In this document: positions 11,900 through 25,309 of the stretch, piece by piece
Layout of the letters: the number at the start of each line of letters is the position of its first letter
Numbering within the stretch: position 1 is the stretch's first letter
NCBI RefSeq assembly: GCF_001194135.2
Contig: NC_068996.1
Span: 9,738,924 to 9,802,923 of the forward strand
Source: Octopus bimaculoides
Taxonomy: Eukaryota
Reading direction: 5' to 3'
Length of the DNA stretch: 64,000 bases
The notes under the pieces: model-generated
Seen by the model: the letters and a program-made list of their open reading frames with translations, nothing else
Databases searched by the model: none
What the model was told of the DNA's origin: nothing
Position numbers and translations under genes: made by a program

Positions 11900-12750
11900 C
11901 ATAGAGTTAACAAAGGTTTCGTATCCTCAAAGGCAAAGACTTGTGGACAGCTAGTCAGATTCTATACAAAGACAAAATTTGAACTTTCTACGTCGCGGAC
12001 GTGAGGAAACACTCAGAAATCGAGATTTGAGTCTTAACATATAAAAATGTTAATGAGGATGGATTGTCTCCCCTGAACCAGAGGATAGATCTGGAAAACC
12101 CTAACCAGCAAACGGAGAGATCCAATTTTCCAGTTGGTAGCGCTTGAAGTGGATACATTTAGAGAAAATCTCTTTACGACTATTTAACGCATCAGGTTTA
12201 GTATAGTCCGTAAGAATTTTGGCTCTCTCCGCGATGCAGATGTCGCAACGGCCACTCCCATTTATATATGGGCCTGGATGGTCTAATATTTTCCACCTGA
12301 TATCACATAGGGTCCCTTGATCTTTGAGGTGCCACATATGGTGGGCCAGGGACATGACAAAGCGTCTTTTTTGGACTCTGAAATTGTGGAAGCGACGTTT
12401 GAAAGATGTATTAGCCGATCCGATATATTTACAAACTTTAGGGCGGCGAGCTGGCAAAATCGTTATCACGCCGAGCGAAATGTTTAACGGCATTTCGTCT
12501 GCCGCTACGTTCTGAGTTCAAATTCCGCCGAGGTCGACTTTGCCTTTCATCCTCTCGGGGTCAATAAATTAAGTACCAGTTACGCACTGGGGTCGATGCA
12601 ATCGACTTAATCCCTTTGTCTGTCCTTGTTTGTCCACTCTATGTTTAGCCCCCTGTGGACAATAAAGAAATAGATATATTTACAAATTTGGGATCAGGTT
12701 TGGCTCACCCACGGCGATAATGTATTCTAATATTGTTTGAAATGCTCTGT
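11900..12750 (-). mobile_element. Penelope-like element 3' fragment (C-terminal half of GIY-YIG endonuclease), interrupted by a SINE
   Basis: ORF 12101-12493 reads KYIGSANTSFKRRF...SLAHHMWHLKD...IRWKILD...YINGSGRCDICIAE...LNSRKEIFSKCIH, the typical PLE YIG/CxxC/LNxRxE..C pattern. Outer boundaries are approximate. Confidence 0.8.
12436..12672 (+). mobile_element. SINE family B inserted in the PLE with a 14-bp target-site duplication
   Basis: GATATATTTACAAA at 12422-12435 and again at 12673-12686. Confidence 0.9.
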
Positions 12751-14516
12751 ATCATCTGAAGAAAGCAGCTTTTTTTTTTATTAGTTATGTTGTAATGTAC
12801 TCATTAATCTATTAAAGAAATCTGTTGTAAACAGCTGTAATGAAGCGACGCGTATCCGTTGTTTCTTACACGCACGTACAAACACACAAACACACACAGA
12901 CATATTTGTATACATATATGCATGTGCGCGCGTTTATTGAGTCCGTATTACATGGACTTTCTCTTGTGACATTCCTCGCAATCGTAAAGCAGCAAACAAG
13001 CGATGAGCCAGAAACCTATAGCCAACAACTACGAAATGTATAAAAATAATTTTTTCATTTTTTAAAAAAATACTTCGAAATATTTTAAAAGTAATGGGAA
13101 ATAATTTAAAAAATACGTTTCAAGGTACACAATTTCCACACCCGCTCGTATATAATCGGTTTCAATTTTTTAAAATTAAGTTTTTTTCTTTTCTTCAGTG
13201 TTACATTCTAATGTTCTAACAACAGCACAAAGACAATAAATTGCGTATATTCGATCTTCTCGACTTTAGTAATTCCTAAGTACCCTTTTTTTATTGAATT
13301 TAAGAGATATAATTGTACAGTTAACTTTAAAACTGTTTAAATTCAGAACGTAAAGGGACATAACTCATTTCCACAAATCATTTGCCGCAGCTACTTATCC
13401 GATTCCTAATGGCTTTTGCGGTAACTACTTAAAGTAGAAGTTCTCAAACCATTTTTTACTTGTGGACCCGTTTAATTTCTATTTTACTTGCATGAATCCC
13501 CATAGCCATTCGAGGTTTAAAATAGATATTATTGCAAATTGCATTTTAAAAAAATAATAAAATATTTAGTGTAATGTAGAAATATGACCAATTTATTTCA
13601 GATAATTTTTAATAACAATATCTTATATGGATCCCCAACGGCCATATGGAACCAGTGGTTTAAAGTGAATATTTGCGCACCGTCAACTTCACTCATTCGT
13701 CTGAGATCAACTTCAATCCCATGGCAAGACGCGGTCAAGGTAGCTGGGAGATGAAAAGTCTTGGTGTGTAGATTGTCAAGCTTTAACTCACTACAAGTTA
13801 CATACTCGTGGCTACCTTCACCTGAAGAAGCAGTTTACAAGCATGTAGTCTCCATTGCATGCAAATGACGACTTGGATCTGCAGGTGAGAGTTGGGTGCT
13901 AGGTGGAGACCAAAGCGGACAAACTACTTCAAAGTGTGACGTGTTCCCCTGCCAACAGTGTTAATGTCTCCTTGATAATTCATGCGCCCTGATGTTCCAC
14001 ACTAATATCGTTTTAAGTTTTTGAAGAATTTAATTATGTCTATGTATATTCTGAACATTCAGATCTGTCAGAACAATGCTACTTCCCTCCTTCCTAGATT
14101 GGTAAAATAGCCTTCAGGTACTGGAATAGATTTAATTTATTGTATCTGTTCTTTCTCTGAATGCGCAGCCTACAGCTCAGTGAATTTCAACAGAAGATCA
14201 TAGCTACAGTTTAAGGTCCACATGGAGAAGAAAAAATAAGAGTGGGAAAGTTTATCGTTCACAAAATTTTGAAGTTCTTAGGTGAAAGAGCATATAAATT
14301 TAACTGCAAGGTGTATGATAGCCTTGTAATCTTCATATTTCAGTTTCCGTGCAAAATACAATATTACAGAAATATTTTAAGTTACAATAGTTCATTGCCA
14401 TATATATTATATAGCAGCACAAACTAAAATATATGTTTGTCAGAACATAACATATTCCCAAAACAGGCGGACATAGCTAACGCTTGTACGTATGTGTGTA
14501 TACACGTGCGTGCGCA

Positions 14517-14554
<38 letters not shown>

Positions 14555-14557
<3 letters not shown>

Positions 14558-15188
14558 CTAATAGGGCCTACTTTAAAAGAAGGTAGACCAGTATACTGGC
14601 TGAAAAATTACTTCCAGATTGCAACAGCCAGGGGGTTTTAACATTGGGGTTAAATAACTATGCCCTCTGTCTTCTCCATTAGGTTGGTGATTGAAATATC
14701 TGGCATTTGCTAAAGGGGGTTAATGGGTTATATTAAGGAGAAATGGCTTAATAATGTAGGTAGTTGTTATGGGTGGGAAGTGGGATTTAAACTCGGATAT
14801 TTTGATGAAGAGATAGGGGTATTGTTATAGAACACCCAAAAGGGCCCTGGTATGTTCTACTAACAAACTAGCTTCAATTGAGGAGTTTATATATGGCCTT
14901 CAATTAATATCAAGGGCTACTATATCTGTGGTAAGGGGCTCTTGGTGCTATTTTAATATAACTTACCAACCCCCTTTAGCAAATGCCAGATATTTCAATC
15001 ATGAACCTAATGGAGAACACAGAGGGCATAGTTATTTAACCCCAATGTTAAAACATCCTGGTAACTAATTTTATTTTTTCTGTACCTTTTATACTATGGG
15101 TAAGCTTGTTGCCACTTGTTGCAATCTGGGCTTAATTTTTCAACCAGCATACTGGTCTACCTCCACTTAAAGTAGACCCTTTTAGCCC
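14555..15188. mobile_element. Foldback/MITE-like element with about 180-bp imperfect terminal inverted repeats
   Basis: The left arm from 14555 matches the reverse complement of about 14952-15188 apart from one indel of about 55 bp. Termini GGGCTAA...TTAGCCC are flanked by TA, and the palindrome AGGGCCCT (14841-14848) lies at the centre. Confidence 0.8.
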
Positions 15189-16335
15189 TACCCACTTAGG
15201 AACAACACTACCGCCACTGAAGAATTTAACTTAAATTTAAGAACCTAATGTTAACTTTCCCCATTCTAGATTGTATAGGTCTGTATTTGGGCACTGCAGT
15301 AGATGACTTCCAATGTGATATTAGTACACTTGGGCTTATTGTTATTAAATGAAAGTCTAATTTTGTGGTATACCCAGTATGGCTGCACCCACGCAAGGGT
15401 TAATATAAGTAATACATTTATTGATATGAACAATCTAATTTTTATTATAATATAATACATATTAACTAAGATTTAGTAAACTGCGGTGGGACATGAAGTT
15501 TGTAACCACAGTAGTAATTAGCAAGTGGTTTAATTTTTAATTGCTTAGATGTTTGGGGGCTTTGTACTTTTTCCCTCTGGTGTACCTATGTGGCAGAATA
15601 TACTTAGGAACGTGTAGACATTTATTTGTTCGTCTAGTATTACTACCACTTGGAATTTTGCTGACGATTTAGGATGTCAGATTCAGCATTATATTTCGTA
15701 GGTAACTTCCACTAGTATGCACCTCTCATATAAGTTGTCTCCCCTTAACTGTAAAAAAATTACAGCCGTTTTGGATGATAGTATTTATCTAATTTTTACT
15801 TGTGTGATGTTGTAGAAGGGCATAAGCAGCCTCGTGCCACTTATGTCACAGTCTTCTCCCCCACACCCTTTATTTACGTCCATCCCTGTAACGGTCTTCA
15901 CTTTGCCCTTGGTTTAAATATAACTGACCAGTTGTAGAGATGGATAGACTTTGGTCAATTCCATTATGGACATCAGGTGGTGGTCTCTAAAATATTTCAG
16001 TAAATACACCATTATAAGAACTCTACGGTTTTTGTTTTTGGATAAATCTTAATTAGCCCTATTCACGATATCATAAGTACTATTCTTTTTCTGGGCATAT
16101 TGGTAATTCCTGTCTTACTTTAGTACTAGTTTCATTTCACTACTATTTACACTCTGGTTCCCCTTTATAAAGAGATAACCTATCAATATTCCCCTAGATC
16201 ACTGCTAGGTCACTCTTTTGCCTATCGACTCCAAGCTCTACATTGCAGCACAGTATGATTTTAATATATTGAGCTTTCTGGCCTCATCTCGAGGCCCTGT
16301 TCTTTCCTCTTCCCTTCTTTTATTTCATGTATTAG

Positions 16336-16370
16336 ATCAAATGTGCTATAAAGATGGCGGAATTTCTTTC
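16336..16370 (+). other. Candidate ATG-bearing exon of an unannotated + strand transcript
   Basis: Pyrimidine tract 16301-16326 then TAG at 16333-16335, AAAGATGGCGG start context, donor TC|GTAAGC at 16371, local CpG cluster. Confidence 0.35.
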
Positions 16371-18949
16371 GTAAGCACCGACTAACATTGGCAGCAGAAA
16401 CGGTCATAAGAAATGTAACGTCATGTTTTGTATTAAAAAATAATTAACCAATGTTGGTCAATTTGTTTGTTGATGAAAAGTTTTCTCCATTTTCTGCTTA
16501 TTTAAATTGTATTCCTGATAAACTTTTCTTTATTCTGTTGTTACCTGTACCTTATGAGAATAGGGTGCTTGCATACCCAAGGATAGCATAGGTAAATGAT
16601 ACTCATAATATGAATGGATACTATTATCCCTCGCATGGTTATTCCAACAGCAAACTCTACGAACCTTCCACTCTCACATATACATATGCATGTAGAGTCT
16701 GCCTGTCTGTCTGCCTGTCTGCCTGCCTGCCTGCCTGCCTGCCTGTGTTCATGCATGCTTATATGTATGCAAGCATGTACACATGTAAATATGCTTGCAT
16801 GTATATATGAATGTATATATGTATCTATGCATGTACGTACGTGCATATGCTTGTATGTATCATTAAAATACTGTCTGCCAAATGAGTAAACATGTACCAC
16901 TTATTTTCAGGAAATCTGCTTGTAAATATTACAAAGAACAGAACCGAGTGTACACTTGTTAGGATTACCATTTTAATAAAATATAATAAATCTATTAAAT
17001 CTCATCATATCATCACTTTAGTTGTGGTTTGTTTTGTTCTCAACGAGCAACAGGCACACACATACAGACATGTGTGTGTGTGTAATGATGGATGGGCAGA
17101 TGGGTAGGTAAGTAAAGACTATGCATTGGTTGTTTAAAAAAATATACCACAGGATATTTACATAGTGTTTGGGTTCACCATCAATATTTAGCTGTAAAAT
17201 AATTGGGACGACACCGATATGATGTTCTAGTCATTGTAAAGAAAACCATTGAATGTACCAATCCAAATATACTACAAAATTGCCTTTTCTAAATAAATAC
17301 AAAAAATAATTGCTTTTGAAACAGAATCTTGAAGCAGATAAAACTATAAATAAGTGTGCAAATATCTGACAGTGTTCGAATTTTTTTTCCATTTTAACCA
17401 GAGAGACACAAGCCTGTGTCTCTTGTAATTATGCTGTCAAATGAGGAAAATTTCAATGTCTTTGTAGACATTCAATAGGATAATGGAAGCAATGAAAAAG
17501 TAACTATATTCATCACTTTGTGGTACTTTCATACAGAACCGTATGTCGTTTCTGAATGCTAAAACAGTTTGGTGAACATTTAGTTACAGCCAGGTGTAAT
17601 AAATTTTGCTTCTACAGTAGCATTGAAGGTGATGTAATCTGTTATTCAAAGACTGAGGCAAACAAAATTATGTGCCTAATTCAGCAAATACAACAGTAAA
17701 CAAAGGTTTGACCAATAAAGTCTACAGTTTAAGCTTTTACACTGAAGTATTTCCTACAAGAAAAAATGTAGGTAAGTGGTTGTAAAAACAGGTCAGGTTA
17801 CAGAAATATACATACAGTAAAAGATTTCTTTTTTCTTAGAAAAGTAAGTTAATCTCAAAATTTATGCTTGTCGTTTCCCAATGCATTAAGGTAGAACAAA
17901 ATAATGATAGTTAAAAGCTTGGATGAACTTTGAAGATTCTTTGAGCAATTTGTATACAAGCAGTTATACCTGGTAGTTGTTGAAGAATTATTGTTATTTG
18001 TAAAAGGTGAATTTTCCTTTTAGTTTTCTTTTCAAAACAACAAAATACACCTTTACTCTTTGATCTGAAAGAAAGCTAATAAATATTTTCTTGTATCTTT
18101 TGCCAACACTGATCAAACAGGCCAATGTTCAAAGGCCTTTTAGTCATGACCATCCAGTGTTAAGACTATATTGTTGATGTCCTGTCTTTATTTAACAGAG
18201 AAGTATGAGATCCCAGTGATTTTAGGTGCAATTTGTTTTTTTTGTTTTTTTATATTTGCATATTGATAAGTTGGACTTTAAAGAATTATGAAAATAAATC
18301 TGTAAATATAATAGTGAAATGGACATTTGTATATTTGATAGATCTCTTTAAAATTTGATGATTCACTACATCAATACTTACATGATACCAGTCCCAAAGG
18401 CAAGGGAAATAATCTCCATATTTAATGACCCTGATCTTTACAAGTGCATTGACAATGCTAAATGTTTCAGGCTTATTAAACTTCTTCAGCAAAGCACAGT
18501 GTAAGCATTCCTGTAGGTCAAAGAATGTCCAGAAAAATAAACAGGATTTTGCAATTAAAAACAGTGCGAACAATATGCCACACTGTCCACTCTGCAAAGT
18601 GAAAATAATTGGAGATGTGTTGGATGAAAACTTAATAGAAAAGTAAATGTTAGAATATTTGATCTAAATGTAATATTTTGTTCATGGTCTAAAACCAATC
18701 AAACTTTTACAGAACTTAGAAACATTTAGCGTCTGCTTTCTACACTGGCATGGGTTAGTTCCACAGGAGCTGGCAAATTTGAAGACTGTGCCAAAATGGA
18801 TAGTACAGCTTGGCATAGTTTCTACAACTAGATGCCCTACCTACAATTGGATGCCAGCTGTTTTACAAAGTGTATTGGATGCTTTTTATGTGGCACCAGC
18901 AACAGTGAAGACACCAAGTAACTTGCAAAACAAGACCTTCTCCCCACCC

Positions 18950-19058
18950 CCATTAACATGGACAATATTATTTTGTATCAGGAAAAGACAAGCATAATGC
19001 CTCTTTGGCTTTTAGGGGAAAGCCATGATATAGAGATAGATTAAATGAAAGGATTAGA
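18950..19058 (+). repeat. About 108-bp direct repeat, copy 1 (copy 2 at 21566-21673)
   Basis: CCATTAACATGGACAATATTATTTTGTATCA...GGATTAGA is present twice with 4 differences. Confidence 0.9.
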
Positions 19059-22000
19059 AAGATTAAATGAGAGGAGTAAAATTAAAAGCAAAAAAAAAAA
19101 AAAAATTTCCTTCTCCAGCTAGCATTCACTTCCAAGATTAATTCAATTTTTCAGATTACATTGTTTATGTATGATTTGCAGATTATTGGAGGATGATTTG
19201 AATATTGGTATAAAATTTTGGCACAAGGTCAGTAATTTTGAGGGATGAGGTAAGTCAATTACATCAACCCCAGTGCTAAACTGGTGCCTATTTCATTAAC
19301 CCTGAAAGGATGAAAGGAAAAGTTGACCTTGGTGGGATTTGAACACAGCACAAAAAGAAGGATGAAATGTTGCTAAGCATTTTGCCCAACATGTTAACAA
19401 GTCTGCCAGCTCGCTGCCTTGGAATAAGTTAAATATTAAACTTCAAAATTATAGTTACATTTCAATATGATTTGGAAAATGTAAATGTATGTATAAATAC
19501 ATGTGTATGTGCATATACACACATGTGTGATGAAAGGGATATGCATACATGGGTAACTATGTTTGGATGCAGTTACGGTCGAATGTTTAAGAAGCTCACG
19601 TTGCAGTCAGGGAATCCCAAATTCAATTCCAGGAGTCTTCTACACTAGACTTTGGTCAACCCAAAGTGAAATTGGATAGACAAAGTGAGAAGAAACCCAT
19701 CAGATAGACTGTGCAAGCGTTTCCAAAGGACAACACAGTCACCTTTTACTCGTTTCAAACACTAGACTGCAACCATGCTAGGGCACCACCTTGAAGGGCT
19801 AATTTGAATACATCCAACCTCAGTATTTGTTATTTTAAGGCTGGTGCTTAATCTATCAATCACTTTTGCTGAAGCGCTAAGTTAAGGGAACATAATTAAC
19901 ACTGGTTCCCAAGTGGTAGGGGACAAACACAAAAGCCTACACACTATACACACACAATGGGCTTCCACAGAGATTCTACAAAATTCATTCACAAGGTGTA
20001 GATTGGCCCAAGGTTATAGAACACAATTGCCCAATGCGCCATGCAGCAGAGCTGAACATGGAACCAAGCAAGCTTCTTAACCACCCAATGATACTTTCAC
20101 CTACTTATGTATGACAGGAGATAATTATATGCAGAATGATGTCATCAAAGCACAAAAATGTAACAGCAACAACAATGAAAATAAGACCTGGTGAAGTCGT
20201 TGGTAAAAATTCTGAACGGAAATTGAAATAAACATTAAAAAAAAAATGTAGATTAATTATTTATTGTCATCTCTAAAATTGACAGGCACAAAATATATAA
20301 TAAAGTAAAGAATGTGCTAGGTACATAATGTATGTATTGTAACATGAGGAATGTAATAATTGAAGTCTAATTAAGAAGAGTAGATAACCAAAAATAATAA
20401 TTTTTTTTTTTTCTTTTTCTGTTAAGAAATGTCACCTCATACTTTTTATGGAAAGGCAAGTTACATGATACCGATAGCATGTTATTAAATACCATGTATT
20501 ATCATTTAAAACACTTTATAATTGTTTAAAACAATCCCACGGGGTTGCTATAATTGGAATAGCAGAAAAGGGGATAGATCATAACATAAGGTCTATCTAG
20601 ATGTACCATTGTCTAAATGTCACAAATTAACAACTGTCTCATTAATATAATAAATTGCACTATATATATATATATAACTTTAACTGGGAAAGTAAATAAA
20701 TCACAAGCATAATTTATATATATATATGTGTGTGTGTGTAGCTTATTCTAAAGATACACTTCAAAAGGAAATTAGTTTAAGACTAATAATATTACTCCAA
20801 AGGATTACATTTTTGTTCTTAATTATAAGCATGAATAAATAAGAAAAAAAATTACTCAAAAGGACATTTTTATAGAAAATTAAATTTTGAACATAAAATA
20901 ATGACTTTTAATAAAATACAATTTCTATACTAAAAGTAAGACATTTAGAGATATAAATAAAAAAAGGTAATGAAATTTTTTAAAAATCAGAATTAATTAT
21001 AAGAGCAGAACTGGGATTTAACTCTATAGTGTTAGAGTAAATTTTCGAATTAAAACAAACTAAAGATTAAAAAGTGTTAATTGAAATCAGAGACTAAACA
21101 GAATTCCAAATTAAAATAGGTACCAATTCTAAAAAATTATGGCTTACATAAACTAAAAAAAAAACAAAAAAAAAACATTATCAAAGTTGAGGATATATTT
21201 GTGTTTTATAGTCCAGTCTGCTAGAAACTCATGGAATGTTTACAAAAGCAGAGATCAGGACTTAAGTAATATGGTTTAACAACCTCTGCTGTTTAAAATC
21301 ACTGGTGAGCCTATGAATAAAGTAGTCAGGTGCATATAGAGTGAATTACAACTTATAAAAAAAAAATTACAAAATCACACCTATACTAATTTCCAAATAA
21401 AAACACAAAACAATAAAAACATTCAAAATAAAAAAAAAAAACTAGAAAATTAAAAAAAAGATTTATCTGACAGGTGGGTAATGTTTATTGGCTAGCTCTA
21501 CGTCTGTAGCAATTACGAGACAATGAGTGAACATAGAAATGTCTACATTTTTTTTTTTTTTTAAACCATTAACATGGACAATATTATTTTGTATCAAGGA
21601 AAGACAAGCATAATGCCTCTTTGGCTTTTAGGGGAAAGCCATGATATAGAGATAGATTGAATGAGAGGATTAGATTATCCCTTGTACAAAATTAATATTG
21701 TTTTTATAATCTAAATTAACTGCACTCCATACATATACACACACGTGTGTATAGTAACAGTAAGGACAAAATTGTCCAACACTTAGAAAAAAAAAATNNN
21801 NNNNNNNNNNNNNNNNNNNNNNNNNNNNNNNNNNNNNNNNNNNNNNNNNNNNNNNNNNNNNNNNNNNNNNNNNNNNNNNNNNNNNNNNNNNNNNNNNNNN
21901 NNNNNNNNNNNNNNNNNNNNNNNNNNNNNNNNNNNNNNNNNNNNNNNNNNNNNNNNNNNNNNNNNNNNNNNNNNNNNNNNNNNNNNNNNNNNNNNNNNNN

Positions 22001-25000
22001 NNNNNNNNNNNNNNNNNNNNNNNNNNNNNNNNNNNNNNNNNNNNTATAGTGTCAACACATGATGGACACAAATATCAAGGCTAGACCTAACATAGACACT
22101 TATTACTTTAGGATATATTCCAGTGTTATGTCAACTGTCAATAGCTGTTACATTAATATAATAATGATTTCCTAGCATAACCAGCAGAGAATTGCCTTGG
22201 ATTTGAAAGGGAAATATAGTGGCAAGTTGTGATGATGCTCATGCCTTTCCATAAGGCATTAGCAATGTAAGTGAAATACCACTCAACCCCCCCAACAAAC
22301 ACCAGAGGAAATTGAAATTGCTTCACAGACATGGTTTTGTTTTCATTTTTTCCTTTTTTTTTTTTAAATTTTTTTTTTTTTAACTTACAGTCACTTGCGG
22401 AAAACATCTTGTCATCGCTACACATTAGCACAATAATATCAATATAGATCAATATAATCTAATGTGTGAAATATTACAAATACCAGTTATTTTCTGATAA
22501 ACATGGCAGGTTAAAAAGAAAAAATGGGTTATTTGGATCTTGCTTATCTCTCTACTCTGAACCAGTTAAGTACGGGTGAGTAGAAACACCTTTAAAAGAA
22601 ACATTCTTATATTCTTAATTCCAGTATTAGGTTTTGGTTTCTTTTTACTTGTTCTTGTTTGTAATCCAGTACAAAAAAAAGTTTTCCCTTATTCATAACA
22701 TCTCATTGAATAGAAATCCAGTTGCCAATATTTATATGAAGTGGAAGAGAAGGGAAAGGTAACAGGGAAAAAAAAAAAAAGAAGCAAGTTCGATGAGAAG
22801 TGAATTAGTAGCTACTTGTCAATGTGACAAAGAGGAAAAAGATTAGAAAAGTACAGGTAATGGTCATAGCAATGGAAATGGAAGAAAGTATGTAAACACA
22901 TGATGGCTTTATCCATACAGATATATATAAAGCCATAGAATCCAACCAAGAGAAATTTATGCATACATGCACAGCACCACCACTAAACAATACAACTAAT
23001 ATTGAGCTTCAGATTCGGGAGAAAGTAACTCGGGTGGCAGGAGATAAAGCACAAGAACATACATAAAGACTGACAGATTCTTGTTTTTTCCCCAATTTTT
23101 CCCCCTCAGAGTGATAACCAGAATTAAGCAATCAATGAACCTGTAATAACACTTTCTACAATAAGTACAAAGCCTGAAATTTTGTGAATTAGTAGAACTA
23201 GTAGATTACATTGATCCCAGCATGGTAACAATTCCGCAAGCTTGGCCATGAGAAATTTTAAACAGGCGTCATCGGGAAGGGCCTTTATGACGATGAATAA
23301 TACCTCTAAAATTCTAACTAGCTGACAGCTAGATTTCTTAGCACTTGGTTAATCCTAAGCATTGCCATTATTATAAGATACTAATGACCAAAAATTACTT
23401 CAACTAAAGTACCTGAAAACTATAATAAAAACTTCATCTACTTTGACTTTCAGCCTTTAACGAGCTTTTTCTGCCTCTCTCATTACCAGATGAAATTAAA
23501 TTTGTGTGATATCACAAAGGTAGTGACAGGTAGATAGAAGAGGGGGGGAAGAAGAAAGCTAAATTTAATACCAGAACAGTAAAGAGCTTTTTTTTTACTT
23601 CATTTTGTGTTTAAATTTCATGAGAAGAAAGAAAATATTATAAAAATAAATTTTCTCATCTCACTTTTAAAATCAAACATATCCCCAAAATATTTATCAG
23701 AATAGTTGTTGTATAGCTCAGGATCAGTTTTGATCAAAGAGAACTATAACCAAAATACATGCCAGCAGTGACCATCTCAACTTTGGCAGAACTGAATACT
23801 AAAGAATACTTTATCTGTATCCCCACCTTTTTTTTTTTTTTTTAAGTAAGCAGGGAGTGATTTAAGGGAGATCTGTTACTTTTCCATTAGCTGAGTAACC
23901 ATGCAAAGGTTCCATTATCCTTCAAGGAATCAGCTGCTAATTTATAGATTGATTCAGCACAACTGATTGGAAAAAAAAAAGTCAATGAATAAATAATTTA
24001 AAAACAGATGGGAAAATTAAAACAAGGAATGTGCACACACCAACCTGATATCCCACCCTCTATACGCATGCACACGTATATCATGACTCATACACTGTTC
24101 ACTTTCCTGATTGTTGTACATAATCCTATGTACTGTGTGTGCACCTTTGATGAGTTGTAGTGCAGCTGGTCACTATACACAATAATTTCATTATTATTTT
24201 ATTTTCATTTCTAAAGAGGAGACAACTCTACACAAACTAAAGTCATACCACTGAGGTAGATTTGTACCTAGCAAATCCTCAGGAGAAAAATGCTATGATT
24301 CACACAGGTGTAAATTAAAAAAAAAATACAGCGTCTGCAGTACCTAAAATGCCATGAGGTTTCATCTAAAAAAAATCAGTATCAGAGTGGTCAATTGATC
24401 TGCAAGACTACAACTAACACTAAACCATGTAAAAAGAAAAAAAAAAACCGTAAACAATTAAAACATCAAACTGTTTCTTATAAACATTACTGCCCTCGCT
24501 GAAACTTGCTGAAAACAAAAAAAACAAAAAAAAAAATCTACCCCTCCCATACACTCTCCTCCCAATTAATGGTTGAGTGGTTGGCATCAGAGACAAGGAT
24601 ATTCCATCAGAAATGAGACTAACAAATATGGCTTGATGTTTTTTGGGTTTTTTTTCTTTTTTTCCCTTTTTTTTTAGATTCATTCATCCACATCTTGTGT
24701 TTTATTTGCAGGTTTTGGTTGGGGGAACTTTATTCTTTGGGCAAGTGGTGGTGGTGGTGGTGGGGGTCTTGCTGGGGGTTAATGGTTAAAACAGCCACTA
24801 CTTTTTTTTGTCTTTTTCGTGTGACACCTTTAGTTTTCAGTACACATAATCATTTTAGTTTGTTTTCAAAGAAAAATATTTTCAAGTGGATCTTGAACCC
24901 AAACTCAGAACTTTATAGCAATCAAATCATTGCAGTGAATTACACCATATCTTTGGTAACTAGCATTACCAAAGGGAGGAACATTACCTCCAAGAAAAAA

Positions 25001-25309
25001 AAATTAACACATGGTACATATCTAACCTTCTGAAGCTTCTCAAGTTCAAAACCTAACAAGAAATGTTCATAAAACGGTGTGTGTGCATTTGTATATGCAT
25101 GTGTAATTCAGTGCCTGTGCATGGTGAAATTGAAATGAGTATGTATGTATGTATGTGCATTTGTGGGTATGTATTCATTTATGTATTCATTTGTGTGTGT
25201 GTGTGTGTGTGTGTGTGTATGATATACATGCAATTAAAATAGAGCATCTGACGAGGTAATAAGCTACATCAAATCAATATGAGAATGAACGTTATAGTAA
25301 GGAGAGTGA

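Noticed and set aside
11917-11935. Minimal hammerhead-like CTTTGAGGATACGAAAC on the - strand at the PLE 3' end
   Set aside because: The core is altered (UUGAGGA), there is no helix II and no helix I pairing.
17402-17423. Perfect 9-bp hairpin AGAGACACA-agcc-TGTGTCTCT
   Set aside because: Isolated, low-complexity stem with no supporting context; plausible by chance.
18444-18497. Second hammerhead-like match on the - strand (CTGAAGA...GAAAC...GTC)
   Set aside because: Helices I and II are mismatched, and a few such matches are expected by chance in 128 kb of strand sequence.
18425-18646. ORF ending CKHSC...HCPLCK...LDENLIEK as a RING-type exon
   Set aside because: The ligand set is incomplete and I could not build an in-frame splice path to it.
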